Shown here piece by piece: positions 58,376-64,000 of a stretch of DNA of 64,000 bases. This DNA comes from Candidatus Latescibacterota bacterium (GTDB lineage: Bacteria; Latescibacterota; UBA2968; UBA8231): assembly GCA_965221775.1 (NCBI GenBank), contig CBDCSU010000006.1, positions 2,432,001 to 2,496,000 on the forward strand, written 5' to 3'. How positions within the stretch are numbered: position 1 is the first letter of the stretch; every line of letters starts with the position of its first letter. Made by a program: the position numbers and the translations under genes. The notes beneath the pieces are model-generated. The model made no database searches and was not told the origin of the DNA. It worked only from the letters and a program-made list of their open reading frames with translations.

Positions 58376-59446
58376 ATGCAGAGTTCCGATCCACTTGAGA
58401 GAGGCCTCGCAGCCGGTGAGGCGGCGGCTTCTGCAGCGGGCACCACATCGCAGACATCCGGAGGTGGCGGGCGCATGTATGTGCGCACCCAGGGGTTTGG
58501 CTCAACGGATGCCGAGCTGCGCTTCCTGCAGCGGTGCGGCGTGCGCCACAAGGCGGCCAACTTCCCTTTCCACCGTGACCGCGGCTGGGTCCTGGAGGAA
58601 CTGGTCCAGGAGAGGGAGCGCCACGAGGCCTTCGGCCTGTCGCTGGACATGAGTCTGCTGCCCATCTACCAGGAGTTCCCCAGCATCATCTACTGGGGCA
58701 AGAGCCCCGATCGCGACCGCGACATCGACCTCGTGTGCGAGATGATCCGGACCGCGTCGCGCGCCGGCATCGATTCGCTCCGCTACAACACTTGCGTCCT
58801 GCCCATCGACCGGACGGAGCGGGAAGAGGGCCGTGGCGGCTACTTCCACACGGCCTTCCGCCTGGAGAAGATCTCGGCGGAAGATCAAGCGAAGCTCACC
58901 GAGGTTGGGCGGGTCACCGCCGAGATGCACTGGGAGCGGATCGAGTATCTCCTCGAACGCATGATCCCCGTGGCAGAGGAGTTCAAGGTTCGCCTGGGCA
59001 ATTCCCAGGAGGACCCCGCCACACCCCTCGGATACAGAGGCGTCGACAAGGTCCTCAATGAGTTCGAGGGCATGAAGCGCTTCATCGAGATCGAGCGCAG
59101 CCCGTACCATGGCTGGAACTTCTGCGTCGGCTCCGTCGCTGAAGGGCTGGAAGATCCGGCCAGCGAGATCTACCCGATCATCGACTACTTCGGCAGCCGC
59201 GATACGATCTTCCTGGTTCACTATCGCAACCTGCTGGGGGGGCGTTACAGCTTCCGCGAGGCCCTGCCCGACGAGGGGGACATGGACTTTCACCTGGTCT
59301 TGAAGGCCCTCAAGGACACAGGCTACTGCTACGGCATCGACCCCGACCACGTCCCGAGCACCGCCGACGACCCGAAGGGCCACTACCAGTCCTATGCCTA
59401 CTGCTTCGGCTACATCAATGCCATGATTCAGGCGGTCTACGGGTAG
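58376..59446 (+). CDS. Mannonate dehydratase (UxuA)-like TIM-barrel protein
   Basis: LERMIPVAEEFKVRL, NFCVGS, VHYRN, PDEGDMD, PDHVP, FGYINA. Confidence 0.8.
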   Translation: MQSSDPLERGLAAGEAAASAAGTTSQTSGGGGRMYVRTQGFGSTDAELRFLQRCGVRHKAANFPFHRDRGWVLEELVQERERHEAFGLSLDMSLLPIYQEFPSIIYWGKSPDRDRDIDLVCEMIRTASRAGIDSLRYNTCVLPIDRTEREEGRGGYFHTAFRLEKISAEDQAKLTEVGRVTAEMHWERIEYLLERMIPVAEEFKVRLGNSQEDPATPLGYRGVDKVLNEFEGMKRFIEIERSPYHGWNFCVGSVAEGLEDPASEIYPIIDYFGSRDTIFLVHYRNLLGGRYSFREALPDEGDMDFHLVLKALKDTGYCYGIDPDHVPSTADDPKGHYQSYAYCFGYINAMIQAVYG

Positions 59447-59474
59447 GTCGGCTGATTGAGGGAGGGGAGGCTTG

Positions 59475-59900
59475 ATGCAGGTCCGAATTGCTGACTCCGC
59501 CTCGGCGCTGGAAGTCGTCGGCAGCCTGCTGCTTCAACTCAGATCGGGATACGACTTGGGCAGCATGGTCTCCCAGATCAAGGCGCAGCAGGGGAGAGGC
59601 TACACGGTGGCGTATGCCGAGGAGGGTGGCCGGGCGATCTGTGCGGCGGGCTTCGTGATCGAGACCCGACTGGCCTGGGGGAAGCACATGTACATCGAAG
59701 ATCTGGTCACCGACTCGGAGCGGCGTTCCTCGGGCCTGGGCCGGGTCATGATGGATTGGCTCAAGGGCCACGCACGGGAGCATGGGTGCGAGCAGATCCA
59801 CCTGGACTCAGGCGTCCAGAGGTTCCCTGCCCACAGGTTCTATCTTCGCGAGGGGTACAATATCGCCAGTCATCACTTCTCGATTGTGGGACTGAGATGA
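59475..59900 (+). CDS. GNAT N-acetyltransferase
   Basis: YIEDLVTD, RSSGLG, LDSGVQR, AHRFY. Confidence 0.92.
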   Translation: MQVRIADSASALEVVGSLLLQLRSGYDLGSMVSQIKAQQGRGYTVAYAEEGGRAICAAGFVIETRLAWGKHMYIEDLVTDSERRSSGLGRVMMDWLKGHAREHGCEQIHLDSGVQRFPAHRFYLREGYNIASHHFSIVGLR

Positions 59901-59942
59901 CCAGGCGGAACGCCCGGTCTGAGTTGGAAGGGAGCCAGTAGG

Positions 59943-60164
59943 ATGGGAGTCGACTTCGGTCTTCTGGTACTTGCTCCCCGTTTGGCTCTCTGGGTCCTGC
60001 TTTTGCTCGTCGGTGTCGAGGCACACCGAAGGTACAAGCTGGCAAGTCTGCCCTGGCTGGCCTTGTACATTGTTGCATCTTACGGAGTGGAAGTGGTCTG
60101 GGAGGCGCTCGGAGCCCATGGCATCCTCTGGCGCGTCCCTGCTCGCGCCCCACTCCGAGCCTGA
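59943..60164 (+). pseudogene. Truncated paralog of the adjacent membrane protein
   Basis: LLLLVGVEAHRRYKLASLPWLALY aligns with LLLIFGIKTSRSCKLQSLPWLGVY of 60179-60655. Confidence 0.6.
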
Positions 60165-60178
60165 AGGGAGGACGTAGG

Positions 60179-60655
60179 ATGGAACCGGGTTTGGGTATCG
60201 TTGCAGTTCTGGCTTGGGCTCCCACCCTTGTCCTGTGCGCTCTGCTTCTGATCTTCGGTATCAAGACGAGCCGAAGCTGCAAGCTCCAGAGTCTGCCCTG
60301 GTTGGGGGTGTACGTCTTCCTGTCGGTCGTATTGTCCTTGTCGTGGCCCGTTCTGGTCCGCCACGCGATCGACAGCGTGGGCATGGAGCGCGTTCCCTTC
60401 GGATGGAGTGTGTCGACCTTCGCAGTCCTCCTGCACTATGGCGGCGCCTTCCTCTCAAACCTGGCCGGACTGGTCCTGGGCATTCTGATTCTGGCAGACA
60501 TGTTGTTCCTGCTTTCAAAGTCGGGTGTCGCCGTAGAAGGCGGACTTCTGAACAGGCTCATGCGGTTGCGTGAGTGGAGCACCATCCTGGGGGGCGCAAT
60601 TGTCGTCCTGCTGTTGTCGAAGCTGAGCGTGGTGGCCTATCTGCGGAAATTGTGA
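60179..60655 (+). CDS. Hypothetical membrane protein (about 4 TM)
   Basis: GGAGG RBS; four hydrophobic segments. Confidence 0.7.
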   Translation: MEPGLGIVAVLAWAPTLVLCALLLIFGIKTSRSCKLQSLPWLGVYVFLSVVLSLSWPVLVRHAIDSVGMERVPFGWSVSTFAVLLHYGGAFLSNLAGLVLGILILADMLFLLSKSGVAVEGGLLNRLMRLREWSTILGGAIVVLLLSKLSVVAYLRKL

Positions 60656-60747
60656 GAACGGCCCGACAGGATGTCGCCGGGAAGGGCAGCGGCCTCTCCA
60701 GGTTTCCCACCGCACTCGAATCCGCCACGATCAGGAGGAGGACACCC

Positions 60748-63288
60748 ATGTTGCGTCGCTCCACTGTGACCTCGTGCGCCATCTGCGTGTTTGCGCTCGC
60801 AACCGTTGCTGCGGCCATCGAGGAGGCGTCGTTGCCGGCCGTCTGGCAGGTCAGGCTCGACCCTGATGATTCTGGCTTGAAGGAGCGCTGGAACGCCGCC
60901 GACCTTGATGACGGCGAGTGGACCGCACTGCGCACCGACGAATGGGAGGGTTGGGAGAACCAGGGGCTGACGGCAGAGGCCGATCTTGGCTGGTACCGCG
61001 TCCGCTATGAGGTGCCGGAGGCGCTCGAGAGCAAGAAGCACGTCTACTTGTATTTCAACTGCGTGGACGAGCAGGCCTGGGTCTGGTTGAACGGGCGGAG
61101 GGTTGGGGAGCGTACCCTCGTCAGCGAGGGGCTTGTGGGCTCAAAGAGCGAGAGACGCGATGGCATGTGGGTTGCTCCTTTCGCCTTGGAGATCCAGGAG
61201 CACCTGCGCGGGGAGGGACCAGACGTGTTTGCGGTGCGGGTGAAACGGGGAGGGGATGCCGGGGGTGGCGTCTGGAAACCCGTGTACCTCTTTGCCAGTG
61301 ATACACCGTTGGAACTCAGCGAGATGACCTCGCGCGCCGAAGCGATGAATGCCCGAACTCTCGAGGCGAAGGAGCCGACGGTTCAGTACGAGGTCTGGAC
61401 GACGAACCCGTACGATCCGATCTATCCGGATACGCAGGGCACGGGTCCGGTCAAGATCAAGCAGACAGGCGTCGCCGCATCACATGCCCACAGCCTCACG
61501 GACGGAATCCGCGCCACGGGCACCTGCGGGGAATACGTGCCCTTGGCCATCCACGTGCGCAACCACGGCGATTCCCCACTTCCGGTCCGTTTCGACCTGG
61601 CCGGCGTCCGCCACGAGTCAACCAAGCTGCAGTTGCGCACGGATCGCGTGCAGGTCCACCTCGTGGACTACATCCTGACGCGTCTCAAGAAGCTGGTGCC
61701 CGATCCATTGCCGCTGGCCAACAGCGCCAACAGCTTGCGCCTCAGCCCCGGTGAGACGGGCAGTCTCTTCGTGCTGATCGATACGCGCGGCATGCCGGCG
61801 GGCCTGTGGAAGGGCCGCGCGCGTTTCACCCCCTTGCGCAGCGGCCCCAAGCTGGAAATCCCCTTTGAGCTGGAGGTGGCCCCGGTCGTTCTGCCGCAGC
61901 GGGTGCCGATCTGGGTCACATTCTGGTCCTACTCGCCGTCCCATGGCTGGATGTCCGAGGGCCGGGGACAGAACAAGCCCTACATGGACTTGATGCGGCG
62001 AACAGGCACGAACGTCGTGCAGATGTCGTACCGTGACGGGGCACCGCGGCCGATCCTGAACGAGAGCAACGAGATTGTGGGAATCACAATCGATGAGTTC
62101 GACCGGATGATGCTCCGCCGTGAGTTCACGCATCACGACTATCTGGTCGTCGGGCTCACGATCCGCCGCGGGACGAACCGCTGGGGACCGCACTTCCTCG
62201 AAGCCGAGCACGAGCAGTGGAAACGGAATTTCCTCGCCTACACCAGAATGCTCGCACACCACATCCGCGGCAACTACGGCCTGGCCGATGATCGATGGGG
62301 TCTGTACCTGAATGACGAGCACATCGGTGACGACTTTCTGCCCCTCGGGAAACTGGTGCGGGAGGCCGACCCGCGCATTCAGATCTGGGCCAACCGGATC
62401 GAGGATCTCGAGACGACGAAGAAGGCCGAGCCGTACATCGACGTGATCGTTCCCTACAGTCCGTGGCTCTCGGCAAAGGGACTTGGGTTCGGCCGCAACG
62501 ACGAGGCCGAGAGGTTCTTCCTGGAAACAGGCAAACCGTGGTGGGCCTACCGGCACGCCTTCTGGACCAGCCCCGAGCGCGCCGCCATACCGCGCGCCAA
62601 CCCGCACTCGCCGCACGACATGCTGCGCAGCCGGCCGTGGCTGGCCTGGAAGCTCGGACTTGACGGATACGGTTTCTGGGTCTTCACCGCGCCTCGGTGG
62701 TGGGGGCGTTACGATGGATTTCCCGACGTCGCCCCGAAGGGGCCGTACACCAATGTGGGCTTCGTCTACATGGGACACGATGGCCCCATCACCAGCCGGC
62801 GACTGGAAGCCTACCGCGATGGATGGGAAGACTACAAACTTCTCTGGATCGTAAGGCAGGCGGCTCAGATCGAGGGCCAGGACCCGCAGTTGGCCCGACA
62901 AGCGCTCGATGAAATCGATTCGGCGGTTGAACACGTACTGGCGGGGGCAAGCCAGGACAAGCTTGAACAGATGAGGCGGAGACTCATCGAGCACGCCATT
63001 CAACTGGCGGAGGCGGAACCCCTGAGCGCCATGATCACCGGCGTGGAGACAACGCGCCGCAGCGCCGTGGTTCGACTCTCATCGCCGCAACCCGTGCGGG
63101 TATGGACCTGGGTCAACCGCGGCCGCAATCACCGCCGGTTCATCGACGCATCGCGCCAGACACACACCCCGACTGTGACAATCGACAATCTCGTGCCCGG
63201 TGAGCAGTGCAAGCTCACATTCGTCGTCGGCGGCCCCCACGGCCAGCAGAGGGTGCTGCAGCACGAAGTGGTCACGCAGGGTTGGTAG
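60748..63288 (+). CDS. Secreted glycoside hydrolase-like protein (GH2-type sugar-binding domain plus GH123/DUF4091-like region)
   Basis: Signal peptide, GWYR...LYFNCVDEQAWVWLNG...GGVWKPV, SRRLEAYRDGWEDY; AGGAGG RBS. Confidence 0.75.
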   Translation: MLRRSTVTSCAICVFALATVAAAIEEASLPAVWQVRLDPDDSGLKERWNAADLDDGEWTALRTDEWEGWENQGLTAEADLGWYRVRYEVPEALESKKHVYLYFNCVDEQAWVWLNGRRVGERTLVSEGLVGSKSERRDGMWVAPFALEIQEHLRGEGPDVFAVRVKRGGDAGGGVWKPVYLFASDTPLELSEMTSRAEAMNARTLEAKEPTVQYEVWTTNPYDPIYPDTQGTGPVKIKQTGVAASHAHSLTDGIRATGTCGEYVPLAIHVRNHGDSPLPVRFDLAGVRHESTKLQLRTDRVQVHLVDYILTRLKKLVPDPLPLANSANSLRLSPGETGSLFVLIDTRGMPAGLWKGRARFTPLRSGPKLEIPFELEVAPVVLPQRVPIWVTFWSYSPSHGWMSEGRGQNKPYMDLMRRTGTNVVQMSYRDGAPRPILNESNEIVGITIDEFDRMMLRREFTHHDYLVVGLTIRRGTNRWGPHFLEAEHEQWKRNFLAYTRMLAHHIRGNYGLADDRWGLYLNDEHIGDDFLPLGKLVREADPRIQIWANRIEDLETTKKAEPYIDVIVPYSPWLSAKGLGFGRNDEAERFFLETGKPWWAYRHAFWTSPERAAIPRANPHSPHDMLRSRPWLAWKLGLDGYGFWVFTAPRWWGRYDGFPDVAPKGPYTNVGFVYMGHDGPITSRRLEAYRDGWEDYKLLWIVRQAAQIEGQDPQLARQALDEIDSAVEHVLAGASQDKLEQMRRRLIEHAIQLAEAEPLSAMITGVETTRRSAVVRLSSPQPVRVWTWVNRGRNHRRFIDASRQTHTPTVTIDNLVPGEQCKLTFVVGGPHGQQRVLQHEVVTQGW

Positions 63289-63310
63289 TACCCTCTCGGG
63301 AGGGAGTGGC

Positions 63311-64000
63311 CTACAGCGCGCCTGACAGCGCCAGGGTGACCCGGCGCATGGGGCGTATCTCTCGTTCGGACAGGATGTAGTGGTAGCGCAGCAGGTTGTC
63401 GGCGCGCAGGGTCAGCGTCGCCGGGCCGATGCGGCGCTCGACGAAGGCGTCCACCAGGTAGACCGGCAGGTGGTCGCGCCCGCACTCGGCGAACAGTCCT
63501 GACACCCTCTCGAAGCGGCTCGTGTAGCGGAAGGTGAGCCCGCCGCGGGTCATCCCCCGCGCCAATCCGAGGTTGGTGGTGACGGCGTGGCGGGAACGGT
63601 ACGGCAGCGGCGCGGTCTGCCCGGGAGCCAAGTCGTCGTGACAGTACGGCGGCAGAGGCACCCCCTCGGCGAGGAACTCCTCGGCGTCGACGTAGGTGTA
63701 GGAGGCTTTCCAGAGCGCCCCGAGGGGAAGGGCCAGCTGCTGCTCCAGCTCCAGGCCGCGAATGCGGGCGCGGGAGATGTTGCGGAAGCTGGCCCTCGGG
63801 ACGACCGTGGAAGTCGGGTCCGGCCGGGCCTCGATCAGCCCTTCGAACTCGTTCCAGAACAGGGCGGCGTCGACGGAGAGGGTTCCTCCCAGGACGCGGC
63901 GGATCCCCGCCTCGTAGGACCAGCTGCTCTCCGAACCGAGATCGGGGTTCGGACAGACGAGGATTCCCGAGGCGTCGGCCTGCACGTGGATCTCGGTCAC
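63311..64000 (-). CDS. TonB-dependent receptor, C-terminal part (5'-truncated by the window edge)
   Basis: NPDLGSESSWSYEAG, ARIRGLE, ADNLL, terminal beta-strand RRVTLALSGAL. Confidence 0.88.
   Translation of the reverse strand: MTEIHVQADASGILVCPNPDLGSESSWSYEAGIRRVLGGTLSVDAALFWNEFEGLIEARPDPTSTVVPRASFRNISRARIRGLELEQQLALPLGALWKASYTYVDAEEFLAEGVPLPPYCHDDLAPGQTAPLPYRSRHAVTTNLGLARGMTRGGLTFRYTSRFERVSGLFAECGRDHLPVYLVDAFVERRIGPATLTLRADNLLRYHYILSEREIRPMRRVTLALSGAL

Overview
GC-rich bacterial chromosomal segment (about 70% GC by eye), gene-dense, with no rRNA, tRNA, CRISPR, integrase or transposase visible. FlgD-Ig/T9SS-like C-terminal tails, internalin-like LRR proteins and many PhyH, Gfo/Idh/MocA, AKR and Ldh_2 enzymes suggest an FCB-group organism such as Latescibacterota, possibly host-associated (inference only). 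The left part is housekeeping: mfd, two PPIases, an S4 protein, nrnA-like, argF, moaC, and groEL with a CIRCE but no groES. The rest is catabolic and accessory genes. Main signals: (1) two cases where an accessory gene sits between a vestigial 5' stub of the downstream gene and an intact second allele of that 5' end (LRR2 before the VIT-vWA gene, 220-bp repeat; LLM oxidoreductase before the AlkP-family gene, 32-bp exact repeat), suggesting cassette insertion that replaces gene starts; (2) two secreted LRR proteins, one with codon-invariant frameworks and mosaic hypervariable binding-face positions; (3) a UxxC selenoprotein with a SECIS-like hairpin, split by the ORF caller; (4) a very divergent isocitrate-dehydrogenase-like protein that keeps the catalytic residues; (5) a candidate ~200-nt structured RNA between convergent promoters; (6) a ferritin-like/ATP-grasp fusion next to a PhzF-like gene. 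All family calls are by-eye motif recognition, not database searches.
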